DNA of 60,378 nucleotides, counting the filler, from Sphacelaria rigidula (Eukaryota): NCBI GenBank assembly GCA_964200075.2. It is 9 parts of 9 records of this genome, joined end to end, with 100 filler letters (N's around TTAATTAATTAA, not from the genome) between each part and the next. Parts side by side here need not be neighbours in the genome. Positions count along the whole stretch, not along the records: positions 20,161 to 26,780 come from CAXNAA020019014.1; positions 26,881 to 33,500 come from CAXNAA020019015.1; positions 33,601 to 40,220 come from CAXNAA020019016.1; 6 more parts are not named here. The stretch is one strand, 5' to 3'. The notes under the pieces were generated by a model that did not search any database, was not told the origin of the DNA, and worked only from the letters and a program-made list of their open reading frames with translations. Below, one piece after another: positions 25,154 through 37,900 of the stretch (positions are counted from its first letter, which is position 1; the number at the start of each line of letters is the position of its first letter). The position numbers and the translations under genes were made by a program.

Positions 25154-26090
25154 CAGTGGGGGGCTCTCAGTAGTGCCGGTTGAATAGTGCCAACGACCTA
25201 TATAATGCCGGTAAAATCTCCGGGCACAGCCAGAGCTCGCAGTAGTGTCGGGCGGCACTACTGACAGATGAACCCCAGTAATGCCGGTTTGAAGGGTTTT
25301 GTACCCTCAACAGTGCCGGTTCCGGACACACTCACGCACGCCTTACCCCCCACCAACCAAGCACCAGTAGGGGTACAGCAGGGTACGTGCTGGTGGTTGC
25401 TTTAATGATGTTGTTTTCTATCGGGTAGCCCGTAGCATCTACGCCCGAGCACAGCCACGGGAGGAGTCGTGTCTAGTTTGATGCACCGGTGTGTTTTTTT
25501 CGAGGTCGTTCGTCTCTCTCTCTCCTTGTCTCGGTAACCGGTAGGAAGTGAAAAGGGGTGTGGCTAATTCTTTCTCGCTCACTCCTTTTGGTGGGCGGTG
25601 TACGCTTTCGTGAGCTTTTTCCCACACCAGATGCCGCACCTTCATAGTTGCGTTGGGTGCAGATGTGTCCTTGTTTTTCTTGTCGGGAAGGTCTTTCGGC
25701 ATGAGCAACTTTTGTGGCCGTACTGCTGCTGTTGTGCTAGAAGGGAAGGGAATGATCAACCTGTGAACAGGATCAAGCAAGTTGGCCGTGAAAAACAAAA
25801 GAACATCGGGTTTAGTTCTGCTACCCCGAAACTTACGTGACGTATTCATCCTATCGAAACCCCTTGAAACAAAGATCCTCGTCCGTTTTGTGCTTCCGTT
25901 GCTCCCACGAAGCGCAAGCGTAACACTGTACGAACTGACGGTCGTCAGTAGTGCCAGAACCGGCACTACTGAGGTATTCAGAGCCCTCAATTGCCCCTGT
26001 TTTGGCACTTTTCAGAGTAGTGCCGGGCTCTCTGAGTAGTGCCGGTGTCCGTGGTGGGCACATACCGGCACTACTGAGAGCCCCCCACTG
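25154..26090. mobile_element. Non-autonomous TIR element with subterminal AGTAGTGCCGG repeats
   Basis: Perfect 26-bp TIR CAGTGGGGGGCTCTCAGTAGTGCCGG / CCGGCACTACTGAGAGCCCCCCACTG. Many (A/T)AGTGCCGG copies lie near both ends. The TSD is not resolved. Confidence 0.8.
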
Positions 26091-26424
26091 TGGTACAAAT
26101 CGCATACCTTTCGAGCCCAAATCGCCTTCAATTTTTGCAGACAAGATTAGAGGGGGGAAAAAGCTTGGGTGAAGATCGATTCGTTTTAGTTTGGTTTGAG
26201 ACTACGCACGCTCTGATTACGTCATCTTCTTCTCCTCTGCCTTGCGGTCATCGAAGCGTCGTGAACGCGTGCGGCTGGTACTTGTCACAAGGTCCGTGCC
26301 GCACATACTCGTAAGAGTCAAGCAATGATTGATGGATGCAAGTTTGCTTTTGCTTTTGATTTCAATTCGGTCGTGTCGTGTTGCGACGACGGTGGTAGGA
26401 TTTTGCTCTTCGCAGAAAACATGA

Positions 26425-26702
26425 GAGCCATGCTACGATGGGGGGGGGAGGGATAATATCTTGACTCGTTTCCCCCATGAAATTCCACTTCAAGTCATCA
26501 TTGAACGCAGCAATAGTTTAAATTGTTTGAACGAATTTGTTGATGAATAATGCCCACCCATACTGCTGTGACCCCCATTCATACTGCTTGACACCGTTTT
26601 CACCCAAATAGAAGCGCACCGCGAGTATGTTGAAGTCATCTTACACACCTATGAGTCCTTTTCCCCGTGAAATCAACCCCCCGCCGTATCGTAGTATGAC
26701 TC
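26425..26702. mobile_element. MITE family M2 (TIR GAG(C/T)CATGCTACGAT); copies at 37598-37847 and 43502-43759
   Basis: The same termini bound three ~250-280-bp elements with divergent interiors. Flanks are TGAG/TGAG in copy 2 and AAGT/GAGT in copy 3. Confidence 0.75.
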
Positions 26703-28699
26703 TCCAAAAAAAGAGTTAACAGCCGATTTTATATTTTGGGGTTCAAACAAAATATGGGGCTGAAGTGGCATATCTGTCTTNNNNNNNNNNNNNNNNNNNN
26801 NNNNNNNNNNNNNNNNNNNNNNNNTTAATTAATTAANNNNNNNNNNNNNNNNNNNNNNNNNNNNNNNNNNNNNNNNNNNNCCAAAATCAGGATCAAACGT
26901 TATAAGGTGAGAAAGTACAGCTGGGAACGATACGAGGTATACAACCGAGCTCATGATCAACGGAAAAACACGAATGAAAACAGACCCGAAGAGAGTAGAA
27001 AAAGTACTTACCTAACAGCTGTTCCAATGAAAAAATGAAAACAGTACCGAACTACTGCTCATTACTATAAAAAAACACAAATACAAACACGAAGCGCTGC
27101 TTGCTCCTGTAATGCACCACAAAACGGTCTCCTGTTTTCCTTTGTACAATAGTATTGCTTTTCTCTGCTTTGCTCGCTCAATGCCATCAGTTTGCTCGTC
27201 TGGGCCACTTGGTGGAGCTCTTCACTTTTTTGCTGAGCTCCGTCAAAATCCTCTCGGAATGCGAAACCTATGAGGAACAAGTTCAGAACATCACTGCGCG
27301 ACAGAGGGACATGGCGTGCTCGGGCGGGATGGCATACTTGATGCCTTGGCTGGGTGGTGCAGATGCCAAAGGGCGTGGGACCCGTTCACTCGGGAAGCAT
27401 CAGGCTTTCCAGGACTCTGCTTCCTGGCAGCCTCTTTGACATTGCTCCATCCTGGGCCTTTGCTCGCTATTTCCAACCTGTTTGTTTTTCTGGATTTAGA
27501 CTCGCGACGGTGTTTCAGGGAGAGGAGGTGGGGTGTGGGGTTTTATAGGTTGGCGTCGCCTCGAAGTCTGGTGTTCAACCAAACTAGGCGGACCCGTCAG
27601 CGGTTGAATATCTCAGGTGGGGCGGGTAACGGTACGTGGTTCGACCTATGGCGGACTATCTTGCGCGTACGTATTTTGTGTCCTTGCATCACCACCTCCA
27701 GACCGCGCGCCGTCATCTATCCTCGCCAACTTTCCATGAACCGTGTACTAGTGCTGCAGTTTCCTGCCGTTGCCGTCCCGACATTTAGATCTCACCTTCC
27801 GGATCCGTCACCATTCTTACCTCGCATAGGTGCTCTTCGCGCTGTTATACGAGAGGGTCCAGTTGTATACTCGGTTTCGCTTCTTGTGGTATAAGTGAAA
27901 GTTAGCTTAGATATATACGTGGTTTTGCGTTGACACGGCAACTCCGGGATGGAGCAGCCTGTCAAGCAATGTGCGCTTGCTTCAAGGAGCCAATGAGACA
28001 TGTTCACCCCACATGACTTGCAAAGCTTTGACAACGTATCCAGTAGCCATCCTCCTGGTCTCACGACTGCGTCCTTACCGCGTGAGAGATCTGAAGCTTC
28101 GGAAAGCGATGCCTTCTTTCAGTCACCTGCCCAAATGGGTGACTACCTCCACGCTGAACTATTCGCCTCTGTTCAGCGAATCTTTTGAAGGGCACCGGAA
28201 GTTAGGCATATCCTGCAGGCGTACTGACTACCCCGTTGACTTGGTTTGATGGCTGTGGAAAATCAACTAGGGTCGAGAAGCGAGATCAAGTGCCTGCAGT
28301 TGTATGTGTATGTGAGTACAACATTACTTCAATTGATGGCAAGTTGATCACCTCGTCCCATGGGTCTATCGCACGCCCCTACCTGATGGCTGTTTGGCGA
28401 CTGCTTGACCTCGTGGGCCTCCTACAACGGCATGTCACCACATTTTGCCTGATATCTTTCGTACTTGTTGACGAAAGGGGGTGGTCACGCATCGTGGAAA
28501 GGGTGGCGCCTACTGCTAAATTTTCGAGTGCTAATCATTATTTTGGAACCGCAGGTAGGTCCTCAGCATCGACTCCCAGGTATCGCTTTTATTTCGTACT
28601 CAGATCGCCTCTCACCTACCGTTTCAGCAGTTGTTTTCCCCTCAGGTCCAATAATTATGTGGGAATTTCAGAAACAGTAGAAGGATTGCAAAAACAGAT

Positions 28700-29143
28700 G
28701 GACAGGGCGCAAGGATACACTAGGCAATAGAGAGTGACAGCGAACAGCGAATGAGAGTGATAGCGAATGTGAAAATATGCGTGATACTCGTCTGTAGCGA
28801 GGATGACAAAAATCCACTGAGGTTCAGGTGCAAGTGGGGAGGAGGGGAACTGTCGATTCGAGACCAATATACATACCTTGGCGTAGAGATCTCGAAACAC
28901 GTGCTAGAGGGGGAAATACGGGACATGAACGAAGGAGGCATGAAATCGTCTGATGTTTTAGATACGTAAAATGTTTTTGCGTAGTGTATGGGAGAAACGT
29001 AATGAGCTATGGAAGAAGCGTAATGCGCGCCGGAATGTTGAAGGTGCCTCTATTAGGAGTAGGAGCGGTGCTCCGCCTCGAAAGGGATGCGTGGTCAATG
29101 GTCAAGCGACTAAGGCAAGCAACGAGTGAGTATGCCTCCCCTC
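28700..29143 (+). mobile_element. Internally deleted LINE copy (RT C-terminal motif fused to the 3' end); short 3' ends also at 19004-19068(+), 40321-40352(-) and 47110-47190(-)
   Basis: ANVKICVILV...KWGGGELSIRDQYTYLGVEIS matches the non-LTR RT 'N..K...Y.YLG' motif. It is joined to sequence homologous to 13441-13752. Confidence 0.7.
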
Positions 29144-29559
29144 AGATTCGATTGCACCTGTTCTCGCAAAGGGTCTCCTTGCTGGCGATCAGATTGGATG
29201 CGTTGGTAAGGGTCTACAGAGCACGATCATTCGCCGCTGTGTCCAGTTTAAGGTCTGTCGGATGAAGTAGGCGTGTCCCCTCCCGTAGAGAGCACTTCGC
29301 CTACCTTCGTTCCTTCGCTAACTGTGCGGAATGACCAGTACTCACACCCGTTACGGAACTTTGATCGGTGCTGTTCGGGCGGTCTCAGGTCTACCGTTTG
29401 GGAGCTACGTGACGCTACTCGACAAAAAAGGTGGCGTTGATTTGCTGCGGATGGAGTACAGTACTCTCGAACAAGCGGGTATTTGTAGCTCACCGTTGAT
29501 GGTGACCAGAACCTGCTTCGGGTCCGTGAAGAACAGCCCGGTGTCCAGAGCCCAGTATG

Positions 29560-29815
29560 ACGCCTACCAGCTCCCGTTTCTCCGATTCACCCACCTGTTG
29601 ACCGTACGCTACAACCTTCCCGATATATGGTTACGCCATCTTGTCAGATGTCTAGCAAACCGCCATTGTCTATGATTGGTGGAAACCTGTCGATGCCCGA
29701 TTTCACCCGTTATCCCGAGCTGGCTTTCGTTGCGCTTAGTGGTCGTCCCTGGAGTTTGCCACCGCAGGCTTCTCAAGACAAATGTACCTGGGGTGTACTC
29801 TCGTGCGTCAGGCAA
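29560..29815 (+). pseudogene. Possible degenerate hAT transposase C-terminal dimerization relic
   Basis: Across frameshifts: VYDWWK...RYPELAFVA...LVVVPG, resembling 'WW...(Y/F)P.L..(V/L)A...L.VP'. Confidence 0.35.
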
Positions 29816-30392
29816 TGGCTCTAGCAAAATATTTACAAAAAAAACACCATGGATGGGCGGGGCTGTACGCTTGCAACATGAAAGTAGCGAAAAAAAATGG
29901 CGAAGACGGCTGTAGAGTAAAATTGCCACGGGGAGTAGAGAGAATATAACTGAAAATGTGGAAAGAGAGGAGAAAAACGGCAGAAAATGAAGGGGTGCCA
30001 TACGGCAGACAGGGGGGCAAACAGGGAAAAAAAGACACTGAGTCGGTGAAAGGAGAAAATGACGCACATAGTGCACCGTGGGCTACGACTGCTTAATGCA
30101 GACGATGAGGGAAGGGGATCACCAGTATAAAACAGTTGATAGCGAAAGAGAAAAAAATCGACAGCATAAAAAATACCAGCGGTAGAGGAAATAAACATGG
30201 TATGATGCAATACCAACGACCATGATATGACTCGCGGCATTGCGCAGGCACGTTCGGGGCGACAGGAGCGGGAAAAATCGAACAGCAAAAGCGGCAGGGG
30301 CGGACGGGTGGGCGTAATATTAGTGCGTGTTCTTCCGATGTTCGTGTGCAATGCCTAAACCTAAAAAAAATCAAGACGTGAATAGTAGATAA

Positions 30393-30450
30393 AAATAGAA
30401 TAGAATAGAATAGAATAGAATAGAATAGAATAGAATAAAATAGAATAAAA
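30393..30450. repeat. (TAGAA)n microsatellite
   Basis: Direct reading. Confidence 0.95.
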
Positions 30451-30622
30451 TTTGGGTCACTGTGAGGGAAGAGTCGAACGCAACGCCACAGTAGAGAAAG
30501 GGTGGGCAAAACAATATGATCAAGGCGTAAGCCCTGCACATAATATCTTAGACAATCGATGTGTCTACCGCTGCCGAGCAATGGCACTGGTTGCCCCAAG
30601 TTTCCCGGCGTGAAGAAACCCA

Positions 30623-30703
30623 TGTAGTGACGGTCCTCTGAAGTGTAGTGACGGTCTCATGAAGTGTTGTGACGGTCCCATGAAGTGTTGTGACGGTCCC
30701 ATG
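30623..30703. repeat. 21-bp minisatellite (x4)
   Basis: TGAAGTGT(A/T)GTGACGGTC(C/T)CA is repeated. Confidence 0.9.
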
Positions 30704-31730
30704 TTGTGGCGACACAACGAAAATGCAGTGGCGACATGTTGTGGCGTGGAGCGGAAGCGAATCCATACGACTTGACCCGCGTAATGACTTTTCACAATGC
30801 CGCAAATCAATCAATCATACCAGGGGGGCCCTTCGTCACTTGCCGGGCGTTGAACATGTTTCGCCCCCAGGTGACTCCAGCATAGACGCCCCGTATGTTG
30901 GTCAGAAATTCATTCGGACTCACACAGGATGATCCGAACAGCTGCTCGAGCAGTCCTGTTTGGTACAAAGTTGCACAGTGCAAACACGCTGCCACAGCAC
31001 ACAGTACCGTGCAAACACCATGCGATCACGTACCTGGCTAATATGGTGCAAACACCATGCTAACACGTACCTGGCCAACATGGTAGGTACCTGGGCACCA
31101 GATCTAACATGAGCTATTTCTGTCACAGTACACACCTGAATGATGAACGTGGGTTACCGTCTCGCAATCCCCCCAGGTGCACAGCCCCAACAACCGCCGC
31201 CCATGTGTACTTTGCGCACGCATGTTTACCGGTTTCAGTCTCGGGACACTTTACTCTCTAGGAGTGGGTCAACAGCACTTACCTCCTGCCTACGAAGCAC
31301 TTCATACACAGCGTGCCCGCTGTGAGTACTGTATGGGACACATTGATCAAACGTGCGGTACTGTAAGATCCCGACCCGGAATTTTTTAATTTTTAATTTT
31401 TAATTTTTAATTTTTGAAAAAACAGTCCTCGTACACGGAAGCAGGCGCACGTGAAATGATGGATAACAGGACGTACCTGTGCTGTCGTGTTAGCACGGAA
31501 GGTGGTAAGCATATGCTGCAGCCAGGTGTCCCAGCTCTGTTCTGTCCAGCTGATGGTTGCTTCGAGGAATCAACAGTCATGTAAGATTCTGGCACCTAAA
31601 CACGTGATCGTTGCTCAGAAGACCCCACGCTGAACAGAAAGCACGATTTATGCACTACTGTACGCCGTATACAGACACAATGCGAAACGGTGCAGCTCTA
31701 CAGCGATGCGACTATGCAGGGCTGCTTACA

Positions 31731-31986
31731 TTCTCGATTGGTCACCATGTCGTGGTCGAGTCTCAGGGTGGTGTATCAAGCTCGTGGGACATAGGCTGGG
31801 GGTGGTGAAACATCAACGGCCAGTGTAACCGATTCTGCAGGCAAGCTGTGGAAACCCGAGTTCGATTCTCGGATTGGTTACCATGTCGTGGTCGAGTCTC
31901 AGGGTGGCGTATCAAACCCGTGAGACATAGGCTGGGGATGCTGAAACACCAGCGGCCAGCGTAATCGATACTGCGGGCAAGCAGTT
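31731..31986 (+). mobile_element. Two tandem 5'-truncated copies of a second tRNA-derived SINE (SINE-B)
   Basis: A ~115-140-bp direct repeat. The second copy starts with a tRNA T-arm (CCGAGTTCGATTCTCGG) followed by ...GGTTACCA. Confidence 0.6.
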
Positions 31987-34900
31987 GTGCTGCACCAGAG
32001 ACTCACCGAAGAGCTCGATTCAACCAGCACTGCATACATCATGAAAAACACAGGCTCACGTTCACGTGCAGAAGAAGTGCTCTTGACTTGCTTTCAAGCA
32101 GGATGTCTCCAAGTGTGGCTGATAGCTGTTCCTGTTAGGTTCGCTTGGTTGCTAAACACGAGTGACCAGCCTGGGGCGATACTGCAAAACGAGACCGGAA
32201 TATAACCTGACTAACGTACGGCTAGAATACGACCTATCGCCCATATCAACGCCTTCTATATAAGCGACTGATATCCGCAGTCACATCTGTGCGGCTGTGC
32301 ACGAAGGGCAATTTTGCCTTTCAACGGCGAGTATCCTTTCAAGTGTCGAACTACAGAGGGAGAGTTGACAGAAGAAAGACAGAGCTGGCGTCTGCTTTAT
32401 CTCAGGGCTCCAGTGCAGAAGCCAAGACGTCGAGAGGGATTTTAGCACGAGCATGTGCGTTACATCTGCTTGCGACCGCGGTCATGTATTTAATAACTGT
32501 ATATACTATTAATAGTATTGGAATGAGATGTAAACTATGCAATGTTTGACAACCTTCGTTTTGGGCTGCCTCTTTTTTCCTTGCGGCAAGCAGTGTGTGA
32601 CGGATGGCATATCACTTTGTGGCATACCACCAGGTACTGCTTCGTTCTGTACGATTGTGCACGAAGGGCAAATTCGCCTTTGAACAACGAGTACCCTTCA
32701 TGTACTGAGTTGCAGAGAGCGAGGTCACACATGAACTTCGGTTGTTGTGTCTGAGGGTTCCAGCAGAGAAGCCAAGGCGCGAAGAGTGATTTTGATTTCA
32801 GACTGCGCACCATGTATGCCTAGGTCCGCAAAGCCACGATGTTCAAAGTGACTGCCTGTACACTGTACATACCGATAATTGGGGAAAATTGATGTTGAAG
32901 ATGTTGATCGGGACAGAGAGAACCAGACCGTGCCCAAGCGGCTGACAAGATGTGATTCCTCCCACTCATAACAATATATTCGTGAGATTGACAGTAGCGG
33001 ATCGGATTGAGAGTAGGGTTTCATTCAAACTTTGGGCAAGGCGTGCAGTTTCGATTTTCGGGCATAAGTCTTAGGCAGGATGATGAACAGTATTATTGTG
33101 AGATCAAAAGTTCAAGATATGACTGAGAGTGCGATTTTACTCGGAAGAGGAGACATGTCTTCCCGGTCGATGGGCGAAAAACCTAGGTTGGACGTTCAAG
33201 ATGTTGATGTCTGGCTCATCATGCAACTGTCGTGAGATGGGAGCAACTGTGATTCTCATGTGAAAATGTTCCGTGTCGGAAGTCACTGTTGTTTCGGACG
33301 ACTGCGTACCGTTGGCCGGCGAGGAATATTCAGTGTGAGATGTTGAATCACCATCGATCTGAAAGTACGCACAAACGAACTGTACTGCTCTCGCGCCGAG
33401 GCTCATGGTTTCGACTTTTCGGGAAAACATCTTCAAAACACGAGGGAGGGTAGCTTCCCTGTCCTCCAGCCAGGCATCGACGAACAAGGAAAGACTTTCA
33501 NNNNNNNNNNNNNNNNNNNNNNNNNNNNNNNNNNNNNNNNNNNNTTAATTAATTAANNNNNNNNNNNNNNNNNNNNNNNNNNNNNNNNNNNNNNNNNNNN
33601 TCGCGTCATCGCCAAGCGACGCCAACCCCATCGAGGGTCCGACCCTACAAAGCCGGGACGGAGCACGCCGGGCTCTCGCCGGACGCAGCCCGAGGGGGGG
33701 GGTTAGCGCAGGACATGGGATCCGTGCGCTGCCACTTTTTCCCCTGTGATGTAGAGAAACAAGAGTGCTCACCCGACTTACTTCTCTCGATTCTTCGACG
33801 TACTAAATATGACGCGTCACGGATTCACCTCCACAGGTCACTTCTTCCGAATAAGAGCTTGTCCTCGGTACTTCTACTTCAAACAGTTCGCAAGTCGGGT
33901 TGCCCACTTGAACCTCATCTCGGAGTTAAACCTCAATACGCACAATTTGCTGTTTATTGCTGTTTTACAGTATCTTCGAACGTCTGGACGCACCCAAAGC
34001 AGCCACTTTCCCTCAGACCACTAGAGTCATTTTAATCATGTTTATGTAGTTGAAAAATCGAGCTGTTTTGTTTTCACAGAGATTGCGAAATTTGTTACAT
34101 GTTGCTACGCCGGGCGACCTCTATGCAGACGCTAGCGAGTCCAGTAGAGCGACGAAAGCTAGCTATGATCGGGTTTGCCTGCCGTACTGCCGCCAGCGTT
34201 GGTTGAAAGCCACAAGACGTTTGAGGTTGGCGGTTGATGGTGTGGGTGTCAAATGCAACGACAAGTGGCTGATCATAGAGCACCCTTGTTCTTCGTGGGT
34301 TCATATGTCGCCCCAGGTGGTAACGCGTGACCTCGTCACATCGGAATTCATTCTTGAAAGCTTCTGTACCGAGATGCTCACGCAGCCAGCGCGTGCTCCA
34401 GGTTGCAGCATGAACGCACCCCTCTGCACCACGCTCGCAACGGTTAGATCACTACCATTGGTACCTTTTTTCACTCCGCATGTCAAGGTCTCGACAAGTG
34501 TTTGATGTCTCACCCCCCCCCCCCCCCCCCCAACTGGCGTCTCGCACGGTGTTGTCGTTGGGCACCCAGAGGGTTGCTCACATACATGCCGGGTAAAATC
34601 AACGATGCATAACACCCCCCAAGTTCAAATTAGATATATCTGTTGTTTTCGCCGCACCACCGCCCTTGCTGGCATGTGTGCGACAGAGAACAGTAGTAGC
34701 GGTGACGGGAACATTGCCCTATTTTTCAACATGTTTTTCAGCGCACAAATCCGCGTCCTGCCCAAAATGAGAAGCAGAGAGAAATCGATCTTCGCATTCG
34801 TGATCTCGATAGGCAACAACTGTAAGACGAGTGAAAATCTCTCCGCAGCTCGATGTCTCGGCACATGGAAAATTGGGAACATCCTGGTAACATCGATGAT

Positions 34901-37900
34901 GCCAGTTTCTCGAGCGATTGATAATCGCCGAGTGAAGGCACACAAAGAACACGGGCGAGGGGCTTCCTCTCTGCCGTTGCTTCTCTCTCTAGTGATATCG
35001 TCATCGACACGCGTGTACACCGCATTCGTTAGGTGCATTTAGCCACAACCGATGATTCACAGTTGCAGAGTTTTGGGGGAAATATGATTTTGCTCTGTGT
35101 TACTGTTTCGCGTCATCCCTGCAAAAAGAATATGCCACTCGAACCTCATTTTTGAGATTGACCCCCATTTTCCAGGATCCGCTGGTAATTCGAGTTGTAA
35201 GGGACGCATCGTCCAAGGTGACACCGCAACTTGTGAGATCCGGGTCGAAATTTCGGCAACGAATCTATATGCGTTCTCTGCCGCTTCTGAACTATGGTAT
35301 TCAGATATATTTGAGAGTGGTTTTGTGGAGCCGTGGGATGTGGGCACTGGCCTTTAGTGTGCTCCGTTTTTTCGGACTCGGGTCTATGTAATTCGTAAAC
35401 AATTATTGGGGTGCGCGGCTGCTGGGGATGGCTGTGGTAGTAGAAGCGGGGCCGGGCGTGATGCCGGAAGAGGGGACATGCACTCTCGACCCGACCGTAG
35501 ATATCAGGTGTGTGGATTCGGCAGTGGTGTTAGTCACCACAAGGCAATGTGAATGCCGAACTGTCTACAATACGGAAAAAGGGAGACGACACTTTCTCGT
35601 CTTGGGACATGGTTGTGGTGAATGCATCGCCATAAGCTACGTCTGGAAATCAGCACGCGCATCGTGAATGGGCATGGTCTTGACGGATGTACCGGTTAGC
35701 GCGTTGCCAGGGGCTAAACGTGGAAAAAATGGGGACGGATCGTTCGTTGCATTTCTGAGTCTGCCGTGCTGTGAGGTCGCTACTGGCGAATCCGCGTGTG
35801 AATAGGCAACGAACCGACACCAGGTGAGGTGGACCGTGGTTCAACACGTTCCACCTCGACCTCTTCTGCCGGTGCTGGCTCAAGGGGCAACGAGGTGGCA
35901 GGGACGGTCTCATTGAAGTCATCATCGGAAGATTGCATCTGGAATATCAACGCACGTATCGTGGAAGGGCACGGTCTTGCCGGATGTACCGGCAGACGCT
36001 CTACCAGGGCCGAAAGTGATAATTCAGGGGACGTGTCGTCAGTTGCATGCCCGAGTCAGCGTTGCCGTGAGGTTGCCAATAGCGGATCCGCACGGGAGCA
36101 AGGCAACGAACCGACAGCAGGTAAGGTATACTGTGGCTCAAGACGTTCCACCTCCATCTCTTCGCTGGTGCTGGCTCAGGGTGCAGCGGGGGGGCAGAGG
36201 GCGACGGCGGCACATTCTATACCTGCAACGTACCGTCATGGGCTGCTATTGGGAGGGTGTAAGCGGTTATTCGTGGCGGTGACAGCACGTGGCGCACCGT
36301 CGGTTACTACGACGGGTCCAAATCCCAACCTGTCGAGCTACGGAAAGCGAGAGTTCCCCCTGTGGTCGTAATCCACAGCGGAATGATAATGCTCAACGAA
36401 CAAGGGTCCCGTCGCCCTGTGGACGTCCGTGCTAACATGTACTCTATGGTGTATAGCCATAGGGGCAGCAACACGATGACCAGGGGAAAGCTTCTCTCTC
36501 GGCATGTGGGTACCAGCAGCAGACGCAGCGTCCCACCCCGGTGGTTGAGGAGGAGAAAGCCCCAGGACTGATCGGACCCATTGTACCCACACCACAACCC
36601 TGAGCTAGCATCGGCAAAGGTAAGTCATTATTGGGGTGTGGGGCCGTTGTCCGCGTTACATGAAAAGAAACCGCACCGTTTCGGTGTGTGATCGGGAGCC
36701 GTGGTTGGCTAGAGTTCATTCTCGCAGAACAAGAGATCGCCGGAGGCTGAACGGAAAGTCCCATCAGGCTGCGGATCGATTCCATTGTACAGAATACCGT
36801 GCTTGTAACAAGCACGGAGATTGGCACCGTGATTTCGAGTATAGTCGTGAAGGCGGGCGTCCACAACTCGTGCTCCGGGCATGATCAACAAAAAAAATCA
36901 GGTAGTACACGGCTTGATCAGCGGTTGTGGTGGTGCGCTGGCGAGTAGTACTGTTTTGCCTAAAGTAGTACTTGATACAGTCCGGTGTGTACGGGGGCAT
37001 GTTGGGTTGGTAGCGAAGGGCCTTTGGCCCCATTGCAAAACAGGCCGTGTGGCCCTCAGTTCGGGGAAGTACTGCAGCAGAATTCGAACAATACTAACCC
37101 TTTGGTTGGTGCCTTTGTTTTCGAAATACCGTAGTCGTAGCTGGACAAAAAACATATCACCACTTCATTACCCATGTGTGGTGAAGAGGCGTTTCTCGCG
37201 CTGGGGGGGAATTTCAATACAGTTTGAGCGGTATATCGAGGACGTGCATTCAATACATTCTTTGACAGCCGGGTTCGCCAGCTGCACACCTGTGGTAACT
37301 CTGCATGTTCTCACGAAAAATTGTTCATGAAACCGAAAAAAAAATGCATGACACAAAAGAACGGGGCACGTATAGAAGGGGTGCACGGTGGGGCACTGTG
37401 GTTCGCCACAGCTGACAATTGCCGTGCACCAGCGCTACCTCTATGCATTGGTCGGAGGATGCGTTCCTCCGACTATCATCGGGTTGATGTTGTGTCATAA
37501 TGTAGGAACATCAATAGTAAATAACATACACGCAATCATGTACTGAAAGCCAACTGTATAGCGAATTGCACCGCACGCGTCAATGGGTGACACTGAGGAG
37601 CCATGCTACGATTGGGGGGGGGGTGTTCGATTCCACGAAAATGTGTGCTCCTAGATGCGTCAAACGACCTAAAACACTCGCGGTGCGCTTGCATTTGGGT
37701 AAAAGCGGTGTAAAGCAGTATGGATAGACGATATTCATCCGGAGGAAGCGCGTTCGAATAGCTGTTGGCTGCTTTCATCGGCGATCGGTGTGGAATTTCG
37801 TGGAAGAAAACGGTCCAAAATACCCGCGCCCTATCGTAGCATGACTCTGAGGTAGAACACGGGGAACTGTGCTACACACACGGGTCATCAAGGCATATGC

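Noticed and set aside
33900..37030. Integrase-like words (DVRRYC, YYLIFFVD) on the minus strand
   Set aside because: These are isolated short matches without surrounding HHCC/DDE context. They cannot be supported without a search.
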